From assembly GCA_963711565.1 (NCBI GenBank), contig CAVQEQ010000004.1:1-64000 (forward strand): DNA of 64,000 nt. Direction: 5' to 3'. This document shows positions 17,718 through 28,715 of the stretch, in pieces; positions within the stretch are counted from its first letter, which is position 1; each line of letters opens with the position of its first letter. The position numbers and the translations under genes are program-made. This DNA is from an uncultured delta proteobacterium (GTDB taxonomy: Bacteria > Desulfobacterota > Binatia > Binatales > Binataceae). The notes under the pieces are model-generated. The model was not told where the DNA came from. It saw only the letters and a list, made by a program, of their open reading frames with translations, and searched no databases.

Positions 17718-20680
17718 TACGCCTTCCGCTTCGCCGTCGCGATCCGGAACGCCACCTGGAACAGCCGGGTCGCGCTTGGGGCTCGGTACCGAAGCTCGTG
17801 ATATTCGTTTCGCCATTTTCGATAGACCTCGTCCTCCCTGGAATCCAAAGCGTCGATTCGGCGTCCCAGCAGCTCGTCCGTTGTGCCCAGGCGAGCGATT
17901 TCCTCCTCGACCCGCTCGCGCGCGGTGGCACCGACGATCGCGTCACGGCGAGCCTTCGCCGAACGCAACTTGTCGCCGATGCTCGCCCGCTCGCGCCGGC
18001 TCACCAGGACCTTGTCGTCGACGAATCGTTCGAGCTGACCGATAGCCAGCTCGAAATGCTTTTGCTCACGCCTCTCAGTCTCGCGTTGATCGACAAAGAT
18101 AGCCTCCTCGATCGCGTCGTCTAGCTCCTGCGGGTCAACAGTGACGCTGACTGTCTGATTATCGCTCGCCTTTAACCGCGCGATCCGTGCGGCCACCTCA
18201 GGATCGATCGGTGCGCTGGCAACCACGCCACCAAAGATGAGCCGCTGTACGGGCTCGAAGCCGGCGTAATCAACCATCGCAACCGCGAGGACGCCAGTCT
18301 CTCCGGCCATCGCCGCGAGGTCCGGAGTAGCGTCGCTCGGGAGCATCAACTCGATCGATCCGCCCGGCCAGGCACGGGCATCTGCTATCGCCGCACGAAC
18401 CAGCGGATGCGCGAGATTCAACGGCTCGGCGTCGATCAAGCCTCTGGCGTCGCCAGTCGCGAACCGACGACCCTCACCGGTCTCTGCAGGTAGTTCGGCG
18501 CTCGGCGCGATTTCGAACACTACCCGGCCCGCCTTTTCGAAACGCTTATGAGCGATAGCGCCTGAAGCAAGGTAGCCTTCGACGAGGTCGGCGATATCCC
18601 GGTCCAACTGCACGAGTCCCTCGGGAAGATCCTCCCGCAAGCGTTTGAAAACCTTCCGCACGTCTTCATCGAACCGCGACTCGATAATCTGCGAGGTGCG
18701 TTGATATTCCCTTTCGTAAGCGTCCCTTCGGCCATCGATCTTGTCCCGCAGCGCAGCAATCTCGCGCGTCACCTCGTCCAGCGTCCGCGACCGGCTATAG
18801 ATGTCGCGGAGATCCGTCTCGAACTCGAGCGAGAGTGCCGACACGACGATTTCAGGCGCGTCAGTGCGCGGTTCATGCAAGACCACGTCAGAGGCATCAA
18901 GCACTTTTCCAAACAGGTCGAGTTTCTGGCTCAGGATTTCAAAGGTCAGACGATGCGCTTCATTGTCCTTGGCGATGAAATTAACGACGGTCACGTCGCG
19001 CTGCTGGCTGTAGCGATGGCAGCGTCCGATACGTTGCTCGATCCGCTGCGGGTTCCACGGCAGATCGTAATTGATGACCGTCTCGCAGAACTGAAGGTTG
19101 AGCCCCTTCGCACCAGCCTCTGTGCATACCAGCACCTTCGAGCGGGTGCGAAACTCGTGAACGAGTGCCAGCCGCACCGCGACCTCGCGTGTCGGTCGAG
19201 AACCCGGCGCAAGTTTGCTCCCCTCTTCCTCCAACCAGCGGGCGTGCGCTTGCTGCGCGCGTGCACCATCATTCGTACCGCGAAACAGGGTGATTTCCTC
19301 GTCAGCCAGGCCGATACCGAGAAGTAGCTTCCGCAGGTACTCCTGGGTGGTGATGGACTCGGTGAACACCACCGCCTTGCCACTGCCGCGACCATCACGA
19401 CCGAGATCGAGCACGACCCGGATAGCGTCCTGGAACGATCGCGCTTTGGCATCGTGCGGAAGGGATTGTGCTCGAGCGACAAAATCATCCACCAGAGCTA
19501 ACTCGGCTGCGACCGCTTCACGATTGATCGGGACCGGCGCCTCCTCGCTGGATTCTTCCATTTCCTGATCCTCTTCCAGATCGTGGAGCACTTCGGTCGC
19601 TTCGCCGATAACCGGTTGACCCGCGCCGAGGCGCCGGAGTCGCGCGGCAACGTTCTCGAGGCTCGCAGCCAGGGCTGGAATCGAAGACGCCATGCGGCGA
19701 TGAAATCCGATCAGGAGCAAGCGTCGTTGTCGTCCGGCAAAGGCATACAATGTCGGCTGCAGAAGGTACTCAGTCACGTCGTCGTAGAGCGACCGTTCGT
19801 CGTCGCTCATCGCGTACTCGTAGAGGCGGCATCGGCGCTGCGTGAATGGCCGATCGAGAAACTCCTGGGCCTGGCGGCGCAACGTCCGCTGGAGCACCAT
19901 CGCCAATCGCCGTTGCAGCTCGTGCTCCTGGCCGGGGATGAGCGTTCGGTCGTCTTCGCTACAGAACACCTCGCGAAACGTCGTGATGTCCCCGAGCAGA
20001 GTGCCCGTTGGTTCCACGTACTGCACGAGGCCCCACAACTCAGCCAGCGAGTTCTGCATCGGAGTCGCCGTCAGCAGCAGGACCGGCGCTGTGCGCAGGA
20101 AGCCGCGGACCCGATGCGCCATCAGCGCCTCGACGGAAGTTTCGTCGTAGAGTCCGTCGCGTCCGTAGCGCTTGTGCAGGCCCGCAAAGATCTCATGGGC
20201 CTCGTCGATAATCACCAGATCAAACGGTAGGACGGCGCCAAGAAGTCCGGCACCACGTTCACTCCCTGCGAACTCGCGCCCGACCAGATACACTCCAGGT
20301 CCGAAAAAGTCGGCCCGGTCCTCGCGAGCCTGAATGCCGAATAGATTGAGTAGCTCGTCCTGCCACTGGCCGATTAGCGACTTAGGAACGATAAGCAGCA
20401 CGCGCTCCGCACCTTCGGCCAAGCTTTGGGCGAGCACCAGTCCTGCCTCGATCGTCTTTCCCAGTCCCACCTCATCGGCAAGGATGCAACCGCCCTCGCG
20501 GAGGCGTCGAAGCGCAAAGATCACGGCGTCGATCTGGTGGGGATTGGGGTCGATCCGCGCCTGCCGTTGTGACGCGGCGTAGCGTTCCCGGTCATCCGGA
20601 CGCCGGACACGGACGAGATCCTCCGCGAGAATGCGCCGATTAAAAGCATGGAGGGGCGGGCTATTTCGTCCTGTTGGCAG
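17717..20680 (-). CDS. SNF2-family helicase (true N-terminus lies upstream of the tracked 20524 start)
   Basis: PNPHQIDAV, LADEVGLGKT, DEAH, LTATP, GLNLQF, WNP-RIEQRIGRCHR. Confidence 0.9.
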   Translation of the reverse strand: MPTGRNSPPLHAFNRRILAEDLVRVRRPDDRERYAASQRQARIDPNPHQIDAVIFALRRLREGGCILADEVGLGKTIEAGLVLAQSLAEGAERVLLIVPKSLIGQWQDELLNLFGIQAREDRADFFGPGVYLVGREFAGSERGAGLLGAVLPFDLVIIDEAHEIFAGLHKRYGRDGLYDETSVEALMAHRVRGFLRTAPVLLLTATPMQNSLAELWGLVQYVEPTGTLLGDITTFREVFCSEDDRTLIPGQEHELQRRLAMVLQRTLRRQAQEFLDRPFTQRRCRLYEYAMSDDERSLYDDVTEYLLQPTLYAFAGRQRRLLLIGFHRRMASSIPALAASLENVAARLRRLGAGQPVIGEATEVLHDLEEDQEMEESSEEAPVPINREAVAAELALVDDFVARAQSLPHDAKARSFQDAIRVVLDLGRDGRGSGKAVVFTESITTQEYLRKLLLGIGLADEEITLFRGTNDGARAQQAHARWLEEEGSKLAPGSRPTREVAVRLALVHEFRTRSKVLVCTEAGAKGLNLQFCETVINYDLPWNPQRIEQRIGRCHRYSQQRDVTVVNFIAKDNEAHRLTFEILSQKLDLFGKVLDASDVVLHEPRTDAPEIVVSALSLEFETDLRDIYSRSRTLDEVTREIAALRDKIDGRRDAYEREYQRTSQIIESRFDEDVRKVFKRLREDLPEGLVQLDRDIADLVEGYLASGAIAHKRFEKAGRVVFEIAPSAELPAETGEGRRFATGDARGLIDAEPLNLAHPLVRAAIADARAWPGGSIELMLPSDATPDLAAMAGETGVLAVAMVDYAGFEPVQRLIFGGVVASAPIDPEVAARIARLKASDNQTVSVTVDPQELDDAIEEAIFVDQRETERREQKHFELAIGQLERFVDDKVLVSRRERASIGDKLRSAKARRDAIVGATARERVEEEIARLGTTDELLGRRIDALDSREDEVYRKWRNEYHELRYRAPSATRLFQVAFRIATAKRKA

Positions 20681-20899
20681 GGTCGTACACCGCGAAACGC
20701 AAACACTATCAGATCACGGGCGCCGCTTTGGCTCTCTCTGCCCGCTGGACTAGGCCGATCCATGTCGATCTTGCTTCGCCATCCGTTGCCCGATTCTGCG
20801 AATCAAACTGTCTAACTTTCGTCTGGACGAGAGCAATTGCCTATCATATAGAGTATTATAACAGATCAAAAGCGCATTGAACCTAATAAGTCGCAATCT

Positions 20900-22984
20900 A
20901 TGAATTGGCTAGTCACTCCCGCACCCATCGCATTTGTAAGTGCTCCTTGGTTTGTCTGGATTGCTGCAATCGTATTGTTGATGGGAACTGCCGAAGAGGC
21001 GATTCGACTGTACATTGCCGTATTGCGGGAACACCGTCTGCACCAAGCCTTGATAAAACGTTTCGGTGACTTGCTTCGTCAATATCCACACGAACCCGAT
21101 CGAGGACTGGTGCCCACGGGTTTCCAAGCACTCCGAAAGGAGTTTGAAACTCGAACGGCTCTAACAGCGGCTTGGAGAAATTACTACAAAGAGATTCTGC
21201 TCCAACGGAACTCCGATGGGGACGATGAATACTGGTCCGAAGAAAGCGCCGAAGCGGCGTTCACCGAAGCCGCCGTATTTGGATCGCGGATCAATCGGGA
21301 ATGGTTTGCCGCCGTACCAGGATGGATCACCTCGTTTGGTCTGCTAATCACGTTTTCCGCTATTTTGGTCGCCCTTTCGGAACTCAGGAGCGACGCCAAC
21401 ACCGGTCAGATACTCGGGGTATCTAAACTCCTCGAAGGGCTATCGGGGAAATTTGTTTCCTCCGTTGCAGCATTGTTCGCTGCGTTTTGTTTTCTCCCGA
21501 TTGAGCATCGATTGTTTCATAGTCTGGAGAAGAGTCGCTATGCCCTAATCAACGCCCTCGATAACCTCATGCCGCGCCTCACGCCTGCGCGTATTCTGGT
21601 TCGACTGCAGAACGATATCGCCGAACAGTCAAATGCGTTGAGAGACTTCAATACCGCACTAGCTCCTAAACTCGGCCAAAGCCTAAGCGAGAGTATGGGC
21701 CCCACGCTCGGTCGCATGGTGTCCGCGATCGACGAGCTCAATCAGTTAATGCGCGCGGCTGAGGCGCAGAAACAGGATGCCCTCACCAATTCACTGACTG
21801 AAGTCCTACGCGACCTGCAACGCGGAATGGAAGAAACCTTTCAAGCAATTGCCGAGAAGTTTACCGAATCTCTTTCCGGGGGTGCTGGCCAACAATTCGA
21901 TCAGGTACTCGCTTCATTAAAGGAAACAGCTACCCTCGTTGCCAAAATGAACGGGCAGTTTGAGACGAATCAAGACGCGCTGGCGACGCTTGTGATTCAA
22001 GCTCGCAATTCCACCGCCGAACAGATGGAACTCGGTAAAGGCCAGGTCCAGCAACTGAGCGCTGTGTTGCTCGAACTGATGAACCAGCTCAAAGAAGCAA
22101 CTGGATCCTCCGTCAGTCAAATGACTGGAACGCTAGGACACTCATTAGAGCAGATGACCTCAGCGATGCGTGACTCGACTGAGCGCAGTACGAATCTGGT
22201 GAACTCCCTGGCAGCTCGAGTCGATAGCAACAACGGAGCTTCGGTCGCAAAGATGACGATTGCACTGAACCTTATGGCCGATCAGGTTTCCAGCAAGATG
22301 AATGCGCTTGGCGATCAGATGGCTGCAACTCTTAGTCGAAACACTCAAGACACTAACGCGAGCGCTCAGAAGGTCATCACCGAGGCTACGAACTGGTCGC
22401 GGCAAAGTACGGAGAATCTCGCGGTGCTGCTGGAACGTTATCAACTACATTTCGAAAAAGTTGAGAGACTCAGCGGTGAATTGAACCAGGTCGCAGAACA
22501 GTTTCATACCACTTTGCCGCAGTATTCTACGGTCGCGAAGAGCTTTGAGTTGATAGCAGCTGAAACAAATACTGCTATTCAAGGATCCAGGGATGCGGCA
22601 AATTCGATTCGTGAGAGCGCGCAAAACCTCCGCAATGTCCATGCGAGCATCACCAACGTCGCAACCACCTCCGCCGATCAGGTGACGCGTCTGGCCGAGA
22701 TGACCGCCCGCATACAGCAAAGCATGGGGCCTTACGAACAAACCTTTGCACGGGTAAATAAAGAGGCTGGAGCACTCTTCGCACAAATTTCGAATCAACT
22801 GCAGGCATATACAAGCACCACTCGCGACGGCTACGAAGAAATGGCCAAGGTCGCAAATGAGCATTTTACAAATGCGGCCCAAAAACTAGGTAACACAGTA
22901 GGAGAACTCAACGAGTCGCTCGATGACTTGGTGGAAGCGTTTGACCGCCTGAAGATCAAACCCAATGGCAGGCCAAGCGCATGA
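20900..22984 (+). CDS. zorA: Zorya ZorA
   Basis: Three TM segments in a MotA-like N-terminus (PGWITSFGLLITF..GLSGKFVSS) and a long helical tail. Confidence 0.9.
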   Translation: MNWLVTPAPIAFVSAPWFVWIAAIVLLMGTAEEAIRLYIAVLREHRLHQALIKRFGDLLRQYPHEPDRGLVPTGFQALRKEFETRTALTAAWRNYYKEILLQRNSDGDDEYWSEESAEAAFTEAAVFGSRINREWFAAVPGWITSFGLLITFSAILVALSELRSDANTGQILGVSKLLEGLSGKFVSSVAALFAAFCFLPIEHRLFHSLEKSRYALINALDNLMPRLTPARILVRLQNDIAEQSNALRDFNTALAPKLGQSLSESMGPTLGRMVSAIDELNQLMRAAEAQKQDALTNSLTEVLRDLQRGMEETFQAIAEKFTESLSGGAGQQFDQVLASLKETATLVAKMNGQFETNQDALATLVIQARNSTAEQMELGKGQVQQLSAVLLELMNQLKEATGSSVSQMTGTLGHSLEQMTSAMRDSTERSTNLVNSLAARVDSNNGASVAKMTIALNLMADQVSSKMNALGDQMAATLSRNTQDTNASAQKVITEATNWSRQSTENLAVLLERYQLHFEKVERLSGELNQVAEQFHTTLPQYSTVAKSFELIAAETNTAIQGSRDAANSIRESAQNLRNVHASITNVATTSADQVTRLAEMTARIQQSMGPYEQTFARVNKEAGALFAQISNQLQAYTSTTRDGYEEMAKVANEHFTNAAQKLGNTVGELNESLDDLVEAFDRLKIKPNGRPSA

Positions 22985-23679
22985 GCAGTGGACCTGCTGA
23001 TAGTTTAAGCAGTTCGTTCACTGATCTGATGACCTCTCTGGCGGTGATATTCATATTACTGCTAGTCGCGACCACCAATGCCACGGTCCACAAGGCACAG
23101 AAGGACCGAAGAATTACGGAAGATACTCGCCAAGGCTTGCACGATAAGCTTACGAAACTGTTTCCTGAAATCGAGATTAGAGACGATTTAGACGATCCCC
23201 TTGCAGTTATCATCGTGTTGCCCGAAGGTTTGCTGAATTTTAAGAAAGACGACGCTCAAATCCCCCCTCCGGGGGTAACTTTTCTGCAAACTTTTATTCC
23301 GGGTCTCGCTGATCTGATTTGTTCGGATCCGGACGTCGTCAATTCGGTTGTCGTCGAGGGTCATACGGATCAAGATGGTGAAGACTTGCACAACGTAGAG
23401 TTGAGCCAGAACCGTTCGATGGCAGTTGTAGTCAAAGCACTCGAAACCTTGAAATCGCAACCCAGCCAATACCAGTGTTTTATCCGTCTCTTATCTGCAA
23501 CCGGCCGTGGTAAAAATGATCTAATCAAGGATAGCCACGACACCATAAATAAGGACAAGAGCCGGCGAGTCGAATTTCATTTGCGAGTGTTGTCCTCCGA
23601 ACAGCGCGACCAGCTAAAGAAACAGCTTCAGAAAAACACAGCAGCAAAAGCGCACGTCACAACTCAAAATGAACAATGA
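22981..23679 (+). CDS. zorB: Zorya ZorB (MotB/OmpA-like)
   Basis: SFTDLMTSL TM with conserved Asp, VEGHTD, NVELSQNRS, SRRVEF. Confidence 0.92.
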   Translation: MSSGPADSLSSSFTDLMTSLAVIFILLLVATTNATVHKAQKDRRITEDTRQGLHDKLTKLFPEIEIRDDLDDPLAVIIVLPEGLLNFKKDDAQIPPPGVTFLQTFIPGLADLICSDPDVVNSVVVEGHTDQDGEDLHNVELSQNRSMAVVVKALETLKSQPSQYQCFIRLLSATGRGKNDLIKDSHDTINKDKSRRVEFHLRVLSSEQRDQLKKQLQKNTAAKAHVTTQNEQ

Positions 23680-25009
23680 CTTGCTGGAGGGGCTCGCAAC
23701 ACTACAACAAACACGCGTTGCGCTCATTCGAATAGAAAAGGGATCGGTTCCCCCGCCTGGAAACAGATTGGCCCGCCTTGATTCATTAGTGGCCACAATC
23801 GGGAGCGACAAACCCGCTAGGCGGCGATATATCCCTGAGGAATACCTTGGTGATTGGAGGAACTTTGTCTCGGGCAAGAAAGCCTTTCTGGAGCCGCGCG
23901 CTATTAAATTCTTATGCTGGGTGCCCGAGATAGCGGTGGATATCCGGTTTCATCGATATCTTGATAGCAGCCAGATACGCTTGAGCTCTCGAGGCTTACA
24001 GGGTTTGCTGTGCTCCTGCCATTCAAGATGGACCTCCGATCTGGGAAGCGGCGATGTTTGTGTGTCGCTCAGGCGGAAATTGCGCGCTTTTGAGGGCATC
24101 AATCGCGTAGTCAATAAGTGGAAAGATACTCCGAGAATAGTGGCGGGGGCAGATGCGCCATATCAATTCGCCAGCAAGATGCTTGAAAACATTGAGCTAC
24201 CCATCGCGGAGCACGCTAAACGCTGGGCAATTCCTGACCATTCGGCCTTCATGAAGGCGGCGGTAATCGAAGCTGTCGATAAATGCCACCATAAGATGGC
24301 AGCAAAATCCGGGTCCGGTCTCGTGTTGTTTCTGCTTCAGCAATTGCTGCAATGGGACGGATGGGATCTACGGGACTTTAAGACTCATCTGAGTCGCTGG
24401 ATACTATCGCCTCTAGTTGAACAGATCGAAGAATTGCACGAAGGCCTCAAGCAACTGGCACTCACGAAACTCGGCGATCTTCGCAATCCGACTAATGCAG
24501 CACGCTGGTTGGGGATAAAGGATGCCGCGAAAGATGAGTTCATAAAATGGTTGTCTCGCGGGGAGATCGAGTTCTTTTTTGATCACGTGCTGCCGGAAGG
24601 CGCCGATCCTCACGGACGAAAAGACTTCTGGCTTAGATACGTCGGTCAGGTCCGCCAATCCCGAGCCCTTCTGAACAAGGAAGATCGTGATCGGTTTAGA
24701 CTGCTACCGGTGAAAGTAAAGGAAAAGATCGGATCCTTTGGTTTGATTGAAGGAACCAGTAGCGCGTTCTTGCTAGACTTTGGTGCTGTTCTGGCGATCG
24801 AATTCAGCGTCGCGGGAAATGCTTGCTTCATCTATGAGCGCGCTATGACGCCCCGAATAGTTCCAGAATTTTGGACCGCAGGTGCATTTTCGAACTTCCA
24901 GTTAAAGAAGAACAAATATTCAGTTGAGCGTGTCATTCACAGAAGAGGGATCTGGACCCAACATTTATCCCAAACGCTAGCGGGATTTGGAATCAGGCCC
25001 GGGACCTAA
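23669..25009 (+). CDS. zorC: Zorya ZorC (EH signature)
   Basis: GRKDFWLRY, AIEFS..GNACFIY, H...W at the C-terminus; position in operon. Confidence 0.88.
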   Translation: MNNDLLEGLATLQQTRVALIRIEKGSVPPPGNRLARLDSLVATIGSDKPARRRYIPEEYLGDWRNFVSGKKAFLEPRAIKFLCWVPEIAVDIRFHRYLDSSQIRLSSRGLQGLLCSCHSRWTSDLGSGDVCVSLRRKLRAFEGINRVVNKWKDTPRIVAGADAPYQFASKMLENIELPIAEHAKRWAIPDHSAFMKAAVIEAVDKCHHKMAAKSGSGLVLFLLQQLLQWDGWDLRDFKTHLSRWILSPLVEQIEELHEGLKQLALTKLGDLRNPTNAARWLGIKDAAKDEFIKWLSRGEIEFFFDHVLPEGADPHGRKDFWLRYVGQVRQSRALLNKEDRDRFRLLPVKVKEKIGSFGLIEGTSSAFLLDFGAVLAIEFSVAGNACFIYERAMTPRIVPEFWTAGAFSNFQLKKNKYSVERVIHRRGIWTQHLSQTLAGFGIRPGT

Positions 25010-25011
25010 TA

Positions 25012-27993
25012 ATGCAAGTCGACAAAAATAGCTTCAGACTTTCTGAGCCGCTCTTCGGAGTAGAACTTTTCGCCGAAGCTGACGGTGTATGGCTGCGCGG
25101 CGATCTCGCCCTGATATCAGCAGAAGCGTGTTCTGCTGCGTCCACCCGCCTTGGACGACTTCTTTGGACGACTACACAACAGCTTCTGGAGGGAGGATTT
25201 GCTAGCTCCTTCGAGGACGGGGTCCAGATCACATTTTCCGATTTCGTATCTCTTCAGGGAAATGGCATCGATTCATTTGCGGATCTTGCAGTGGCGGCAC
25301 CATTTACTTTGGAAATTCAGTCCAGCGGATGGCCCGGTGGCCCTTCTTTCAAGTATTCACATCGTTTCTACCAAGGCGTAGATCCCGTATATCCGGAGCG
25401 GATTGGCTGTTTCCTTAGATATGATCAACGATTGTACCAGCTCGATTCTCAAACGTTCTTTCTACTCAGCGCCATAGAATCTTTCAACTCGCTTCCGGCC
25501 GAAAACAAGACAAGCAACAACGCTTTCATCCGATTTGCGGAGATAAAGGGACTCGCAAAAGAGGTTGGCGTTCAGCTGGATCGGTTCCTTACTAACGAAA
25601 AAGTCCTGATCGCGAGTCGGGTCGGACTCGATCTGGTCGCGGACCACGATGGGAAAATCAGCTTCGTTCCTAAGATCGACGGCGTGCCAGCGGAAGCAAT
25701 GCGCCACGCCTTTTTCGCCTCTGATGACGCAGAATCGATATATTCAGTGGACGATGGACAAGGAGGCAAGGTACGCGTTGTTCTCGACGACGAACAGCGG
25801 GAAGTACTCCGTCGGATGCAGAGAGTTCGGCATCTGGGTGGGGCTGAACGTACCGAAGTTCTCCGCAATCCACATCAAATTTTTGATTCAGTCTCAAATC
25901 AGGTGGATATAAGCCCTGAATTATTCGGGCCGAGGGTGAAAGGCATTGGCGATTTTCCGTTCGTAGTTCAGCCTTACCTTCGGCATACAGGGGAGAGTTT
26001 GTTCGACGATGGTCCAGGCACAGCTGACGCCAACCATTCGCCTCGCGCTTTCGATGCGGGACTTAATTGCAAATACATCGATGGCAGCACTGAAGATGTC
26101 GCGTTCACAAACAAAGCTGAAGCGATCGACCTGTATCAGAAGACGCAGAATGCCAGGCTGGCGGGACTCGGCGTTGTGGAATTTCGCGGCAAATCGATTG
26201 CGCTTGAAGATCCTTTTGTCAAAGGTCTCGCGGAGCTAGTCAGAGCAAACAAAAGCCAGTCTGAACATTCGACCGTCAACAGTGCACAACGTAGATATCT
26301 TCTGATCTACACCAACGAAGAAGCCGTTGACTATGACGAATCTCCTCCCGATGAAATATCTATTGCCGAGACTTCGTTGCCGAGGGCCTTGCGCACGGAT
26401 CGCGCACTGAAGGAGCATCAATTGGCAGGTCTTTCGTGGCTTCAGCGGAGTTATTCGAGCAACAGACGAGGATGCCTGCTTGCAGATGACATGGGTCTTG
26501 GCAAGACGCTTCAAGTGCTATCCTTCCTCGCCTGGTTAATTGAGCAAGGAGGTATTTCAGAAAATAGCGAAGACTCCGAAAAACCGCCTTGGAACCCCAT
26601 TCTAGTTGTCATGCCACTCGTGTTGCTCGAAAACGAGATCTGGCAAAATGACATGCGTGAATTCTTTGAACATCAAGGCTCAGTTTTTCAACCGTGGCTA
26701 GTTCTGAGAGGTCAGGAATTAAACAAACTGAAACGACCGGAAGTGAAAGGTCAGCGCGAGACTATTGACGGCCTTCCCGTTTTGGATGTCAGCAAGTTTC
26801 GCAACTATCGAGTAGTGCTCACTAACTACGAGACCATTACTAACTACCAGCATTCCTTTGCTCGTAGCGACATCAATTGGTCAGTGGTGGTTGCTGATGA
26901 GGCACAGCAATTCAAGACTCAGAACACCAAGATTTCTCATGCACTCAAGTGTTTGTCGCCGCGGTTTCGTATCGCATCCACGGGTACGCCGGTGGAAACG
27001 CGCTTACTGGATATCTGGAACATCTTCGACTTCTTGCAGCCAGGCAAACCATTGACCAGCTCGGCTGAATTCACTCGCGTCTTTGAGACACCCTACCGCG
27101 AATCTGGTTCACAATCTGTGAAGGATAACGCAGTGTTAGGTAGCCTGAGAGCAGTATTGAAACTGGGCCAATCCGACGCTTACGTTATGAGGAGGGACAA
27201 AACAAGGCACCTTGCCGGTTTGCCGCCAAAGCGGGAGCATCTACTCGAATGTCTATTGTCGGAGGAGCAGCGCCAAACGCATTTAGATATTATGAAATCC
27301 GCGCGAGAGCGGAACGTGCACCCCTTTGAGTTGATACATAGCTTGATGGATCTTTATCAGCATCCGGCGCTCATTCCTCGCTACGAAGGAATTTCAGCTA
27401 CCGAAGCAATTGCACGCTGTCCAAAGCTAGCCATAGTCGTGGAGCAGTTAGTTCGGATTCAGAAACGTGGAGAGAAGGTCTTGGTGTTTGCGCGCCGTAA
27501 GCCTATCCAGCAGTTGCTCGCCGATGTGATCCATGAGCGATTCAATTTACCTGTGGAGATAATAAATGGCGATGCAAAACGGGCTAGCAGTGGCGCTGCG
27601 AGTTCGACGCGTCGTGAGATGATAAAGAAGTTTCGAGATTCGCAGGGCTTTAATGCAATCGTTTTGTCACCAGAGGTAGCAGGAGTTGGTTTGACGCTAG
27701 TCGAGGCCAACCACGTTATCCACTACGGACGATGGTGGAATCCCGCGACAGAGTCGCAGGCAACGGATCGTGCCTATAGGATCGGGCAGACCCGCGAGGT
27801 TCATGTCTATTATCCGATCGCGAAGGACCCCCATAACGAATTCGTAAGCTTTGATGAGAAGCTTCACAGGATTATTGAGCGCAGGCGGCAAATGGCGGAA
27901 GAGTTTTTGACGCCACAACCCACGGAAGCCGATCTGCAGCACGAACTACTCGACGAGGTGTTTGGTGAGCCGCTTCGTGGAAGTGCGGAATAA
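25012..27993 (+). CDS. zorD: Zorya ZorD SNF2 helicase
   Basis: LADDMGLGKT, DEAQ, TGTPVE, RWWNPA-E-QATDRAYRIGQ; fourth gene of the operon. Confidence 0.9.
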   Translation: MQVDKNSFRLSEPLFGVELFAEADGVWLRGDLALISAEACSAASTRLGRLLWTTTQQLLEGGFASSFEDGVQITFSDFVSLQGNGIDSFADLAVAAPFTLEIQSSGWPGGPSFKYSHRFYQGVDPVYPERIGCFLRYDQRLYQLDSQTFFLLSAIESFNSLPAENKTSNNAFIRFAEIKGLAKEVGVQLDRFLTNEKVLIASRVGLDLVADHDGKISFVPKIDGVPAEAMRHAFFASDDAESIYSVDDGQGGKVRVVLDDEQREVLRRMQRVRHLGGAERTEVLRNPHQIFDSVSNQVDISPELFGPRVKGIGDFPFVVQPYLRHTGESLFDDGPGTADANHSPRAFDAGLNCKYIDGSTEDVAFTNKAEAIDLYQKTQNARLAGLGVVEFRGKSIALEDPFVKGLAELVRANKSQSEHSTVNSAQRRYLLIYTNEEAVDYDESPPDEISIAETSLPRALRTDRALKEHQLAGLSWLQRSYSSNRRGCLLADDMGLGKTLQVLSFLAWLIEQGGISENSEDSEKPPWNPILVVMPLVLLENEIWQNDMREFFEHQGSVFQPWLVLRGQELNKLKRPEVKGQRETIDGLPVLDVSKFRNYRVVLTNYETITNYQHSFARSDINWSVVVADEAQQFKTQNTKISHALKCLSPRFRIASTGTPVETRLLDIWNIFDFLQPGKPLTSSAEFTRVFETPYRESGSQSVKDNAVLGSLRAVLKLGQSDAYVMRRDKTRHLAGLPPKREHLLECLLSEEQRQTHLDIMKSARERNVHPFELIHSLMDLYQHPALIPRYEGISATEAIARCPKLAIVVEQLVRIQKRGEKVLVFARRKPIQQLLADVIHERFNLPVEIINGDAKRASSGAASSTRREMIKKFRDSQGFNAIVLSPEVAGVGLTLVEANHVIHYGRWWNPATESQATDRAYRIGQTREVHVYYPIAKDPHNEFVSFDEKLHRIIERRRQMAEEFLTPQPTEADLQHELLDEVFGEPLRGSAE

Positions 27994-28715
27994 CGAACTG
28001 GTAATGGTCGCCCCTTCGCTGGACGCATTTCTTATTGTGGAGTGGACGCTCGACCGCTAAAGATCGTGAGGGAGCGTTTCCGAATGGCCTTGCTCGATTT
28101 CGCTGACGTCGCGCTGGAAACAACTCTCCAAATCCTAAAACGTCTGTCGGACCAACGAAAGATAAACCTCCATAACTGCGCTCATTGTTTTAGCACTCTC
28201 GCTCTGCCGCGACACGCTCGAGCTGAGTGCCCGTGTGCTGATCCCATCTTGTGCGGAATCTTTCTGCGTGACGCCGACGAATTCGAACTACTCTGTAGCG
28301 AAGGCGCAGACTTCTGGTCTTCCGATTTCTCCCTGCAAACGCCGCGTGTGGGCCGCTAAGCTAGCGGGGGCCGAGAGCCATGTCGTACAGTCGGCCGTAA
28401 GAAAGATGCGCAAACTGCTGAGGAACCGCGCTCGCGAGCGATCCGTGCGCAGTTTCAAACGCGAAAATATCGTCAGCGATCTCTTCCAAAGTTGATACCC
28501 AAGATACGGAGGTGATGGGCGAATCTATTCTGAGTTGCTCTCGGACTCGCGAGTCGAGCGCAGGCCCAATTCGTCCATCTGTAGACACTTTTAGTGAGGC
28601 ATCCGTTGTGGCACGAGCCTGGTCTCCCCAGAAGGACTTTTTCGACTGTGCGAACTTAGCTGCGGGATAGCGATTTGCTTTTCGCAGTAACTGGTCAGCT
28701 TGAATGGTCAACGTG

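Noticed and set aside
13609-17801. Long plus-strand ORFs (250, 237, 411 and 398 aa)
   Set aside because: Antisense shadows of the GC-rich ATPase and Mre11 genes; no motifs.
28042-28711. Short ORFs between zorD and the PLD-helicase
   Set aside because: No recognisable motif; possibly a decayed minus-strand gene, but I cannot support a call.
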